This document shows positions 26,319-38,284 of a stretch of DNA of 64,000 nucleotides, one piece after another. Made by a program: the position numbers and the translations under genes. A model generated the notes under the pieces. The model searched no databases. It was not told where the DNA came from and saw nothing but the letters and a program-made list of their open reading frames with translations. The DNA is taken from NCBI GenBank assembly GCA_001244265.2, contig CDLV01000012.1, positions 62,001 through 126,000 on the forward strand, read 5' to 3'. This DNA comes from Microbotryum violaceum (lineage: Eukaryota). The first letter of the stretch is position 1. The number at the start of each line of letters is the position of its first letter.

Positions 26319-28109
26319 ATGGGCAGTTCATCCTTATGGGACCTTCCTCCCGAACTGTACGGGACCCTGGCATCCTTCCTGGACCTCTCGTCACTCATCG
26401 CGCTGTCCCAGTCGTCTTCCGCATCACGTCATCTCGTGCTCGATCACCTTGCGCCGAGTCACATCCGCTCCCAAGCTCACATCCCGACCCCGGATCGATT
26501 GCGCCTGCTCAACCAGTGCAAATGGCTTGGTCACATCGACCGCAACTTTACCCAGGCCCGTATGAGCGGCTTCTCGCTCCCCGTCTCGGCCCCACTCGTC
26601 GGTGAATCGACCAGAGTCGTGCCCGCGCATCACAAGAGTCGGAACGCGTTCGAGATGCCCTGTTTCCGACTGTGGGCGAGGAACCCCGAGGCGGGGAGCT
26701 GGAGAGGCCTCGTCACGTCGCGGAGGTCGACATTACAGCTGTGGCGAGTCGGGGCTCCCGGCTCGCGAGAAGAATTGGCCCCGGTTCCCATGGCCCCTAA
26801 CATCGTCCAAGCAGGAGGCGCGAGCGCGGCATCCTCCTCGAGCAGGCTTAACATCGACGACGACATCACGAGCATGATCCTCGCTTCGGCTCCGGATGGC
26901 GCGCTTGGCTCAACGGACCTCATCATCGCCAGGCTATCAGGTCTAATGCAACGCATTCGAATCGAAGAACCGTCCTGGCATGCAACCCAACGACGCTGGA
27001 TATCAGGTCGGTTCGTCGAAGTAGCGCGGTACTCTCCCGCTTACTCTACTAATCCGACAGCGGACTCGACAACGTCGACGATCGTGCAATCCATCTCGTC
27101 GGGTAAAGGTCTCCTCGTCTCGGCCTCGACACGCAAGCCGCGCCCCTCGGTAACCCCCCAGCGATCTGACAACGCGATGAGAGTTGCAACTCCAATCCCC
27201 GAAATAGATCGCATTGATCTTTCGGAAGCGGTGAAGCGAAGTCGCCGAGTGATCGACGCTTCCACGTCTCATTGGATCACGATCCATTCCCTCACTTCGC
27301 CCGGGCTCGAACCATTGCGTCAACAACTCCCGACCAAGCCCTGGTCGACCCTCATGATCCCTTCTTCCAATGAACTCGTCGTTGGTTGTTCGGGGTACTC
27401 CCCTCTCTCGCTAGCCACCCTCACTCCCACCTCGTGCAGCCCCCTTCGGTCCATCGGGATTCCCCTCTCCCGACCGTCGTCCATCTATTCCCTTGCCTCG
27501 CCACCCCCTTTATCCCCTCTCCTGAACCCCGTCCATACCGTCCTTTCAGCGTACTACAATTCCTCAATCCTTATCCATGACCTCCGTCTCCCTAATCACC
27601 AAAGTCAAGTGTTTAAGCTGGAAGACCCATGGTCTGACGATCCGGCTTATTCAGTCGCATGTGGTGGCGCGGCAGGAGCTTGGGTCGCCGGAGGCTCAGC
27701 CAGGAACGCTTCGATCCGTTTATGGGATCTTCGTTCTTCTACCTCTCAAGCTCTTTCCCTCATCTCAACAACTGCACCTCCCATAAACAATCATCCATCA
27801 GATGCAACGTCGACCTCAACCCCTCCCGCAACTCGCAGTATACGTAACCGAGATCTCGACCTTTTGAACGCCAGTACCAAAGCTCAAGGCCTCACTCTCT
27901 TCTCACCTCATCGGGACGGATCGCCGATATACGCTCTTGAATTCGAGCTTTCACGACTTTGGGCATGTACGGACAAGAGGATTGTAGGGATCGATTGGGA
28001 TCGCGTCGAAGGCGATCACGGGAGGGGGTTGGTGAGGTGGGAGGGGGTCGGGTATTATGAGTTTGGAGACGGGGAGGGCGATCCGGGCAAGTTTCGCATG
28101 AGCTGGTAG
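26319..28109 (+). CDS. F-box protein with C-terminal WD40-like repeats (single exon, ~596 aa)
   Basis: N-terminal LWDLPPELYGTLASFLDLSSLIALSQ (F-box). WD-like SSILIHDLR, ASIRLWDLR and SPIYAL segments. Confidence 0.8.
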   Translation: MGSSSLWDLPPELYGTLASFLDLSSLIALSQSSSASRHLVLDHLAPSHIRSQAHIPTPDRLRLLNQCKWLGHIDRNFTQARMSGFSLPVSAPLVGESTRVVPAHHKSRNAFEMPCFRLWARNPEAGSWRGLVTSRRSTLQLWRVGAPGSREELAPVPMAPNIVQAGGASAASSSSRLNIDDDITSMILASAPDGALGSTDLIIARLSGLMQRIRIEEPSWHATQRRWISGRFVEVARYSPAYSTNPTADSTTSTIVQSISSGKGLLVSASTRKPRPSVTPQRSDNAMRVATPIPEIDRIDLSEAVKRSRRVIDASTSHWITIHSLTSPGLEPLRQQLPTKPWSTLMIPSSNELVVGCSGYSPLSLATLTPTSCSPLRSIGIPLSRPSSIYSLASPPPLSPLLNPVHTVLSAYYNSSILIHDLRLPNHQSQVFKLEDPWSDDPAYSVACGGAAGAWVAGGSARNASIRLWDLRSSTSQALSLISTTAPPINNHPSDATSTSTPPATRSIRNRDLDLLNASTKAQGLTLFSPHRDGSPIYALEFELSRLWACTDKRIVGIDWDRVEGDHGRGLVRWEGVGYYEFGDGEGDPGKFRMSW

Positions 28110-28804
28110 ATGTGGGCTGTACATTCCTTAACACATTGTGGGATTCGAAAGAAGGAACAGTCGGAGAAATAATTTTGGAGAGCTCACGGAAATTATTTTA
28201 CCTTGGTCGGGCCATCACACCTAAGAGCGGGCAGTCGGCAGTCGGCAGTCGCCTCGCATTTTTCCACTTGCATCCTTTGGGGCAGAGTGGCGGGCACTTG
28301 TCTAGGAATTATTCTCTCTCGAGTATTTAAGAACCAGTTTTGTACTAACCCTTATTGAAGTCTCTGACCTGGTATTTAATCACAAACTGAAAATCACTAC
28401 TTGGTCACCTGCTCGATCGCCGCAAGTCGCCGCAAGTGGTCAGGCCGGAGCAGGTCAATCAAGCGACGAGTCCCGAGAGTTTGACATCATCCCGCTCGCC
28501 TCCTTATAAACCCCTGCCCGAGCAGCGATACTCGGAGGTGTTCCGCGCGGACAGAGTTGCGCCTTGTCGTTGAACCGGGGATAGGGAGACAAGGAATCGA
28601 GCTTATTGTAAGCGCTGCTCCGCAGGCGCTCGCTCGCTCGTCCCCGATCGTCGTCGTCTATCGGTGTCACTGTCGTCACCGTCCACCGTTCCCTCGCGAG
28701 GGCCGCCTCGCAGTTACCTCCTACGCCTCCGGACGCATCGAAAAATATAACAGTGTTCACCGTCTGACAATAAACCCCTCGCCCCCTAGTCTCACTCTCC
28801 AACG

Positions 28805-30474
28805 ATGCGTCGCTCGCTCACTTCCCATCTCCCGATCCGGATCCCTTCCCTCACCGGCACACCTCATCCTCCAGCCCCTCACATGGAGTTGACAGACTCG
28901 ACGCGGTTACTCATCGACTTCTTAAAGCGAGGGAAAGGAAAGACCGTCGTCCTTACCGGTGCGGGAGTCAGTACTGACTCCGGGATACGCGTGAGTTGAC
29001 CCGGGGTTCTTTCTCGAGGTCACGTGCGCGCTCATCGGTCATCGGTCATCGAGGCATTGAGGCTGGGAGGCGAGGGTGGGATGACGATCACTGATTCAGT
29101 GTCGGTGCTTGGGACATCCTTTTCGCAGGCTTATCGAGGATTGAATGGAAGTTATACCACGAATGTCAGTCTGACACAACCGGTCCCACTCTGGCACAAA
29201 TGCAGTGGCCACATCGTTCCGAGGCAAAGGCGTAGCTGAACTCTCTTTCATCGCGAACGTGAACTTCACCGAGGAGCAGAAGAACCACCGTCCCATCTTT
29301 TACCACGAATTCATCGAAGAGGAATCGAAGCGCCGGAGATACTGGGGTCAGCCCTAGACCGGACCCGAGATCATGTCGGAAGAATTTAATCCTAATCTGA
29401 GGTCTCTTACGCGTGGATTCGCAGCTCGATCATATCTTGGATACCCTCCTGTGCGTATACAAACACTTGGTGCGCTGCTTCCTTCATTGTTTCCTTCACA
29501 GGCTGAGCATATCTATTGATCTAATCAGGTCCGAGTCGCAGAACCCAACCCGACGCATTACGCCTTGGCGGCTCTGCAAAAGCTCGGTCACGTCTCACAC
29601 CTCATCACCCAAAACGTCGATGGTCTACATCACAAAGCCTACGACAATGATCTAACGACCTATTTGGCTCCTCCACCTATCGCGCCGCCCACAACAGCCT
29701 CTGCAACCTCCCCGTCCGGCTCGACTACCGAACCAAAACCCCTGCCTTTCGAGCCAGAGATCCTCGAATTGCACGGCACGCTGCGCCACGCGCATTGCCT
29801 CTCTTGCCAAACACCCATAGGCCGCGACGCATTCCAAGATCGTCTTTCGGCTCTCAACCCCGCATGGGCAGAGTACTCGCACGACCTGGAAAGTGGCAAG
29901 ACGAAACCCATCTTGAACCCCGATGGGGATGTCGAACTCGGGAAAGGGGTCCGTTATGAGGACTTCAATGTCCCCGCTTGCGATCACTGCGGGGAATACA
30001 TGATGAAACCAGTCAGTCCGAATCTGGACGCTCTCATTGGGAATACACCTATTGAAAAGACTGACTAGACTTCTTATTCTCTCCTCTCCTTCATCCCCTT
30101 TTCAGAAAGTCACCTTCTTTGGCGAATCCTTGCTTCCCCACGTTAGGGACCTTGCGACCTCGTGGATAGAATCATCAACGCAATTACTCGTCATCGGTTC
30201 CTCCCTAGCGACCTATTCGGCGTTCCGACTCATCCGTCTTTCCAAAGACCTTGACCATCGAGTAGGCTTGATCAACGTTGGCGAATCGAGGGGGGACGGT
30301 TTGGTTGATTTTAGAGTTGGATGGGGAGGTGGAGCGGTCGAAGTTTTACCGCCTGTGGTGAAAGGTTTGTTGGAAGATGGACCAGAGGTGGAAGAAGTTT
30401 TGAAGACGGAGGTGGAGGAAATGTTGAGGAGGGGTCGGATTAAGAGGATTGGGAATGGTGGGACTGCGTCGTAG
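28805..30474 (+). CDS. SIRT4: Sirtuin, class II (SIRT4-like) NAD-dependent deacylase
   Basis: Motifs LTGAGVSTDSGIR|AYRG, RRRYWARSYLGY, LITQNVDGLH, ELHGTL..AHCLSC, NPDGDV, MKP|KVTFFGE and LVIGSSLATYSAFR. Arg/Ser-rich acid-free N-terminus MRRSLTSHLPIRIPSL. Confidence 0.9.
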
Positions 30475-31316
30475 AGCGCAGGTAGAGAAAGGGGAGGGAA
30501 GGAGAGGCTTTCGATTCTTTTTGGGGACGCACGAAGGGTAGACGATTTGCTGCAAAAATTGAAAGCGAAGCTCCATGTCGACAGGAGGGGGACCAAAGCA
30601 AGGCTTTGAGCGAGTGACCATCCGTGGGGGAAGAATGAATGTTGCAATTGTGCTCTGGCACCGCTCGGGAGTTCGGTACGAATCGTTGCGAACCGGTCTA
30701 TAGGTAAGGTCGTATGGTAACGCGGTCCCTTGGTGAGAAGTATGATCTGCAAGACGTGTCGATCCGTCCCCGTCGCGAGCATGTCCAGTTCAGTTCAGGC
30801 GGGCATCGAGGTGGTAATGTGCAACTCTTGACGCGGTCTCAACTCAAAGTTCACATCCGCACTGAGTCCCTCGATCGGACCCTCCACGCCAATCAACGCA
30901 GCTAATGCAACCCCAAAAACTCTTGCTATAGCCTCAATTCCAGCGGTTTCTACATCACATGTCAATGAATTTGACCTAGCACCTCCACCGCCGAAGCTGA
31001 AGAAAGTCTTGACCGGGCCACTCAGATGAAGGGCGTCCCCGCCCGGCTGCGCGAGCAAGTCTTCTTCGAACGGAACTATCACGTGACTATTACTGGGACA
31101 GGCGTGTTGGCCCGTGCTCAGTCTTGGCTTGGTCGGGCTGCGCTCGATCTTGGTGCACTAAAGATGACTTCTTCTTGCAACTGAAAACGAAAACACGAAG
31201 TACCAAGAACGAGCCTAAGTGAGCCGCGACTGCATGTATACTCCGAGGGGGAGCCTCACCCTACCGAGCTCGAAGATAGAAAACGAGTGAGACTGGCAAC
31301 CCTTGCAGCCATGCTT

Positions 31317-32767
31317 TTATACCTTCCATTTCCCGATGAAGGCATCAAAGACAGCCAAGATGGTCCATTTCCTGTAGAGGTGAAAATGCGCATACAAAGA
31401 GAGTTTAGGTCACCTCCCAACTGGACGAGCGCGTCTGAGCTCCTCTCATGAACTGACCTATTCTCAGCCTCCTGAAAGACGATCGATTTCGGTCCATAAA
31501 ACACCTCGTCATCTACCTCGTACTCGTGCCTAGGTAAGCAATGCATGAACACGGCGTCCTTGTTCGCTCCCCCCCTCTTCAACAAATCGTTCGTGATCTG
31601 ATAGCCTTTGAAATCCTTCAACCTCTTCGCCGCCTCCTCCTCTTGACCCATCGATATCCAAGTATCCGTAACGACGACATCGGCATTCTTGACCGCCTCT
31701 TCAGGAGAATTCGTATGCACCAATTTACCATGACCTCCACTTCCCGAGCTTTCCAAACCTGATTTAACCCGGGCCAAAACTTCGGGTTCTAGTTCGTAAC
31801 CTTTCGGTGTCGCGACTTGAAGATTGATACCCAAACGAGGGTAGGTGACCATCATTTCATTGAGGATGTTGTTGGAATCACCGATCCAAGCGACGGTTAA
31901 ACCGGAGAGGGAGGAGAGGTAGGGGGAGAAGGGACCGTGTAATTCGAGTAGGGTTTGCAAATCGGCGAGAATTTGGGTAGGGTGGTAGAGGTGGGAGAGG
32001 GCGTTGATGACGGGTACGGATGAATTGGCTGCCAGGGTCTGATATCAGGAGGGGTAAACGTGGAGTTGAGTTCCGGTTGGATCAGTCATATTCTTCTCGT
32101 GAAGTCATGTGGAGGGGAGAAAGTTCAGCAGTGGCCAACTGAAACTGACCTCGACTTCGGAATGATGCCCGACCCTGGCCATGATACCATCGACCATACT
32201 GGACACGACCCTGGACGTATCGTACAAGCTCTCGTTCACGCCCAATTGGATGTCACCCGCGCCCAAGAACATGGGATGACCGCCGAGCATGTGCACGGCC
32301 GATTCGGAAGCGACTCGAGTCCTCGTACTTCGTTTAGAAAACATCAACGCGACCGTCTTGTGGTCCAACGACTTTTCGGCCAACGAGATGCGCGAGTGCT
32401 CTACTTCCTTGTTACCACCGGTGCCGTAAGCATTGATAGGGGATGAGGACGGGGAAGAAGCTGCGGCGCCCGAGGAGGAGGAGGAGGAAGAGGAAGAGGT
32501 AGATTCGATTCTACCGGCCAAAGGGATGGCGTTCTTCTTGTAGTGCTTCTTGAACGCGATGGCGGAACTGATGAGGTTTTGAATCTGGCCGACGCTCAGG
32601 TCGGCGAGCGTTAGGAGGTGAGGCGGGCGAAGACCCGATTCCGAGGGGTGCAGTGTCGGTGCCGGGGCCGTACTGAGCCGACGATGGCCTAGGCCTAGGA
32701 CGGGCAGAGTGGGTGGTCGCGCCAAGAGCAGCGACTTGGAGTGTCGCGCGAGGTGAGTTGAGAGCAT
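31317..32767 (-). CDS. ARG3: Ornithine carbamoyltransferase, mitochondrial
   Basis: Motifs FSKRSTRTR, PVINAL..YHPTQILAD, WIGDSNN, TDTWISMGQE, FMHCLPR and QEAENR|KW, with an N-terminal presequence. Confidence 0.96.
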
Positions 32768-33242
32768 CGTCGGTGATGGGAGCGGACAAGAAAAGACCTG
32801 GACGGAGAAAGAGATGGGCGGGGGCAGAGGGAACGAACGAGCCGAGTGAAGTCAACGCGCGCGCCGGACTCGGCCAGACTCACGCGCCAGGATCTCGAAT
32901 CAAATACCCATTACAGCCGATAACAACTGATTACAACTGATTACAACCTCGGGCGAGTTGTATTCAGCGCGCAGTTCAGGATCGTGTCGTCACTCACCCG
33001 TACTCGCGCTCGGCCATCCACTGCACTGGCGCGTCCGCGTGGTTGCTCACACCCCAAGCAACTCGAACCGGAGACCTATAGGATTGGTCCCTTACGTCTA
33101 GTACCGTATACAAGCGACCAGTCCCCATCGTCTGTCGCGGTCGCACCGTACGACCACCCGATCGGTGACACCGTACGACCGAACCAACCCCACCCGCCTT
33201 CCCCCACCCGTCGTACCTCTCACCCCTCGAGCCATCTCGACC

Positions 33243-34847
33243 ATGGCCTCCTTTTTCTCCTTCAGCGCCCCCTTGGAAGTCGAAGTCCGCCTCGAAGCCG
33301 AGGACGATCGCCAGCAGGTCCAAGTCAAACAGGACAAGGACAAGCGTGACAAGTGTCCGGTCTACTTTGACGGCGAGTCCATCCGGGGCCAGGCAATCGT
33401 ACGGTCCAGGGACGGCAAGCCGATCAAGCATGATGGCATCAAGGTCGAGTTTGTTGGATCCATTGGTACGTGGTGCTACCCCCCACGCGCCGAGTTTGAA
33501 CGCTTTGAGCGCGTGCGCCGCCCCACACCCAACACGACCCCTTGCCCGCGCGGCCAGCCGATCCATACCTCCACATCACATCACGAGGAACGGTCTTGGT
33601 ACATCTGCTTCCTGCTGTGAATGGGCGTCTGGCTAGGGTATATGTCTCTGAGCGGGCAAGGCGTCGCACTACCCGTTCTGGCTTAACACTTACACCGTCT
33701 GTTCCCCTCCAATCAGAGATGTTTTATGATCGCGGCAACCATTACGAGTTCTTGTCCCTCGTGCAAGAACTCGCGAATCCAGGCGAGCTCCGAACGGCGC
33801 AGGCCTATGATTTCGAGTTCAAGAACGTCGAGAAGCAGTACGAGTCCTACCACGGCATCAACGTCAAGCTGAGGTGAGAGAGCTCGTGCAAATGGGACAA
33901 GTCCAGATGAACCTACCCATGGCAGCTGAGATTCTCTCCCATGTTGTACGTCCAGATACTTCATCCGTGTGACGGTCTCGAGGCGCATGGCCGACGTTGT
34001 CAAGGAGAAGGACATTTGGGTCCATTCGTTCCGCATGCCCCCGGATTCGAACAACTCGATCAAAATGGAGGTCGGCATCGAGGACTGCCTCCACATTGAG
34101 TTCGAGTACAACAAATCAAAGTCGGTCCCAGTCCTGCCTCGCATCCTCCGTTTCGGAAATGCGCTGCGCTGACGTACGTCTAACCTCTTCGCGCCAGATA
34201 CCACTTGAAGGATGCGATCGTTGGCAAAATCTACTTTTTGCTCGTTAGGATCAAGATCAAACACATGGAAGTGTCCATCATCCGAAGGGAAACGACTGGA
34301 TCGGGTGAGCCTCTACCGATGCTCGGGATCTAAGAAATTCAAGGCTGAACTTGTTCTCGACAGCACCAAATCAATACAACGAATCCGAGACAATCACCAA
34401 ATTCGAGATCATGGATGGCGGACCCGTTCGAGGTACGTCCTTGTCCTCATCTCGATATCCAGCTCAGGACTGATCGAATCACCTTCTCCCTTTGAACAGG
34501 CGAAACAATACCGATCCGATTATTCCTCGGCGGCTTTGAACTGACGCCGACGTTCCGCGACGTCAACAAAAAGTTCTCGACGCGGTACTACTTGAACTTG
34601 GTCTTGGTCGACGAGGAGAACAGGAGGTATTTCAAGTGAGTAATCTCGGTATGCGGTCTTGTGTTCGTTGTTGGGTCGATTTTGAATGCATTTGGCTTCT
34701 GCCGCTTCAATGTACTGTAGACAGCAGGAAATTACCATTTATCGTCAAGACCAACGAGGGCAGATTGGGCAACCGCAGCAGCCGGCTGAGCTGGGGCAGA
34801 GTCTGAAGACAAACTCAAGGCCCGAGCTCAAGCCTGATCAGGAGTAG
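33243..34847 (+). CDS. VPS26: Retromer subunit Vps26
   Basis: Motifs HDGIKVEFVGSIE, FEFKNVEKQYESYHGINVKLR, IKMEVGIEDCLHIEFEYNKSK, KFEIMDG and LVDEENRRYFKQQEI. Confidence 0.96.
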
Positions 34848-35734
34848 ACGTTTCGCGGGGTTTCTCTCAGATGATGGTAACGAGGTGATGCAATCTGATG
34901 AACTCTTGTATGATATCAACCTGCAAGGAGACTTTTTGGTTCGTCCAAGTTGGCCAGCATAGAGACGTACAATGCGAGAACATGCGCCAAGTTGGCAGTA
35001 GGCACGGGGCTCTGGATAAAGGCGGCCTCCGTTCTGCAGTAGCGCGGCTGCTTGCCCGCTTGGCAGTAGGCGCCTTCGTCGTCCTGATCACTCTGATAAA
35101 GAGACCGCCGCGCAGGCCGAGAATTTACAGGGGTACAGTAGATAGGCATTCGACGGCGACACCTACCTGGGTAGGTGGGCAGAAATAGCCTATCTGCCCA
35201 GGGTTGACTGGACGGCCAAGGCGCGAATTCTGTTATCTTCCCCACATTTTCTCATTTCTATGTGGTCGTTCGTCCAGTCGGGTTCTGCCCTTGAGCGGTT
35301 GGATCAGGCACCGGTCGGTCGGAACTCGATCGTGAACGGGACTCGTGAGCCAAAGCTCACAGTCGTCAGCCGCGCTGACTCTATTCCGTTTTTCCAGGAA
35401 GCGATCTGCTCCCACGACTTTTTGAGTTCCGGCCAAATTTTGAGTCAAGTGTGGTAAGTAGGCCGCCTTACTCGGGAGAAAGGAGCGAAAAGAATTGTGA
35501 TCGAATTTTCAGTAATAGGCATTAGTAGTTGACGCACCGGGAGTTCGCCCGAGCATGACTACTGGTATTTCCCGCAAAGTCAAGCCCAGCAGTCGCAGCA
35601 GCGGAAAATCCGCGAGTCGGGTACCCCACCCGCTCCCCACCCGTTCCGAGCTTCCTTCCCTGTTGTTTCCTCCTTCCCCTCCCCTTCACGACTTTAGGCT
35701 CGGTCCCCTTCCCCTCCCCCTCAGTCTGTCCAAC

Positions 35735-38284
35735 ATGCCAGCCGGTGCGATTGACGTACATCCTGAAAAGCACCATCATCAACATGCGTATGATGATGGT
35801 CAACCGAAGACGGCGAGTGGGATGGAAGCGCAGATGCAGGATCAAGATCGCCTCGCTGCTTTGGGCGTCAATTCAGGTTCGTCCCATCGCATCCACCAAT
35901 CTTTCCCCAAAGTAATCCGTACTGATGATATTAAACTGGCTTGATCCACCAGAGTTGAAGCGTGGTTGGGGCTTACTGTCAGTAAAACCTTGCCACAGTG
36001 ATAAACGAGATGATGGGTGAACCACTTCGGGCCGGCTCCGACTGATGCCCTGACCTTTCTGCCGCAAAACCACAGCGAGAACTTTGGGTCGTCCTTTTCT
36101 ATCATCTCTGTTGTGACGTGAGTTTTCATCTCTGCTCCCGCTACCCGGACCTGGGCATAGTGCAGTGGACGGGGTGTTCTTCCCCGCCGGCGTTCGGAAA
36201 TTGAGTCGGCCGCCTTCTTGGCTTATCGCTATCACTAAGCGGGAATCGTGGGGGAGAGGCGCGGTCCCGTGACCGGGTGAGCTTCACTCCATGGGCCGAC
36301 CCACGATCCTTCGATTTCGTCGGGGCCCACGACATGACAGGGACGTTCCTCCGTCCAAAGGCCCACCTCATCATCATTGACGTTATTTTGTTCCGTACAT
36401 GGATGCGGAACCCCTTTTCCTGACGATTGAATTTGACCTGATCTTGTCCACAGCGGTATCACAACACTCTTTGCGACCGGGCTCGCTTCCGGTGGTCCGG
36501 CAGTAATGGCTTTTGGGTGGCTCTTCGTCTCTTTCTTTACCATGTTCGTGGCGGCATCGATGGCCGAGATCGTCTCTGCCGTGCCGACATCGGGTGGCCC
36601 CTATCATTGGAGCGCGCTGCTGGCCCCGCCAAAGTACTCGGCCTTCGCGGCGTGGTGCACGGGCTACTTTAACCTGCTTGGACAAGTCGCCGTCACCACT
36701 GGTATCTCGTTTGGTCTTGCGGGTGTCATCTCGACCATCGCGGCCATGCATGGCTATGTCCCCTCGGCGGCCAAGACGATCGGCATCTACGCGGGTATCC
36801 TCGTCTCGCACGGCATCATCAACACGTTCGGCATCTGGCTGCTCGGATTTTTCAACCGCGCTTCTATCGTCTTGCAATCCGTCGGCGTCGGCGGATTAGC
36901 CATCTCGGTCCTCGCGAAAGCGCCTCGCTTGCGGTCGGGCAGGGAGATTTTCTTGGCCTTCAATGACGGGACGGGTTTGGACGGCGTAGGGTGGGGTCAG
37001 CGAGCGAGCAACGCGTACGTCGCTTGCATTGGTATTCTGCTTGCTCAATATACGATCGTGAGTTCCACCAGTCCCCGATCGGCACTTGTCGAGATGAGTT
37101 GAGTCTAATTCCCCACTCTTCGAATAGACCGGCTTCGATGCGTCCGCGCACATGTCGGAGGAAACACATTCCGCCGCCCGAACTGCGCCCTTAGGCGTCA
37201 TTACCGCTGTCGGAGCCTCGGCCCTTTGGGGTTTATTCTACCTCATGAGTCTGTTGGCATCCATCCAGAACCTCGAGGATACGATCGGCAACACAGTTGG
37301 CAACCCCGTGCTTAAGATCTTCTTGGATTGCTTCGGCGATCCCGGAGCGACGATTGCTTTCGCGTTCATCTGCGTTTGCATCTACCTTTGTGAGTGTCAT
37401 GGCCTCGGCTCCTAATGTCCCCATACTATCGTGTCACCTTGAGGATTAACAGCTCAATGCGCTCTTGTTCGACACCTCCGCCCGGCCTCTACCTTACTTT
37501 TTGTACAAACAGGCGGTCTCTTCTCCATCACGGCCAACTCGCGCATGATGTACGCCTTCTCGCGTGAACGCGCCCTTCCGGGCTTCTTCGACCACGTCGA
37601 AAGCCGCTCCAGCTCGCCCGTCCGTGCCGTCTGGCTCGCCGTCGTACTCGCCTTCTGTCTCGCGCTCCCCTCGCTCGGATCGGCCGTCGCTTTCTCCGCT
37701 GCGACATCGATCGCGACCATCGGACTTTACATCTCTTACGTCATCCCCATCGGCATTCGACTATTCGCTCATAAAAGGTTCCTGGAGATTAGGGGTCCGT
37801 GGCATTTAGGTGCTGCGGGTCGGCCCGTCGCTGCGGTTGCGCTCGCCTACGTAGGCTTCATCACCGTCGTCTTCGTAAGCCACGAACCATTCATAGGCTA
37901 CTCAACAACGAAATGAACAGTTTTTTGCTGATCCGTCCTCCCTTTCGATCCCAACAGTGCCTGCCTCAATTGAACCCGGTCGATCGCGAGACGTTGAATT
38001 ACACCCCTGTTGCGGTCGGTATCATCGGGCTTTATACTATCTTGTCATGGTTCCTCTTTGCCCGACGATGGTATAAGGGCCCAAGGTTGAGTGAGTACCT
38101 TGATGATTTTTTAAATTCTTGCTCTCCTTCATTTGACTTATACTACTGCATTCCCTCCCTTTTTTCAGTCGCTTTAGCTGAAGCGGCGTTGGAACCGGGT
38201 TTGCCCGTGATCGCACAACTTGAAAATGAGGACGATAAGGACAAAGTGGCCAAAGTTGGGGTCGAGAGGGTCATCACGCAGTAA
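35735..38284 (+). CDS. APC-superfamily amino acid/amine permease (UGA4/TPO5/HNM1-like)
   Basis: Spliced ELKRGWGLLENFGSSFSIISVVTGITTLFATGLASGGPAVM, SMAEIVSAVPTSGGPYHWS, GFDASAHMSEET, SRMMYAFSRE and LNYTPVAVG, with multiple TM helices. Confidence 0.92.

Noticed and set aside
30781-31082. Short ORFs between the sirtuin and ARG3 3' ends
   Set aside because: No recognisable domain. The plus-strand frame has an early stop and the minus-strand ORF lacks an ATG start.
31215-31316. Readthrough extension of ARG3 as a PTS1
   Set aside because: Ends SRLT*, so SRL is not terminal, and the TAA stop is tight.
36160-36453. Canonical TPP riboswitch in the permease intron (GGGGTGTT and TTTGACCTGATC resemble parts of it)
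   Set aside because: The CTGAGA and TAATxC...GCG core elements are missing, and CCTGAT is better explained as the branch point.
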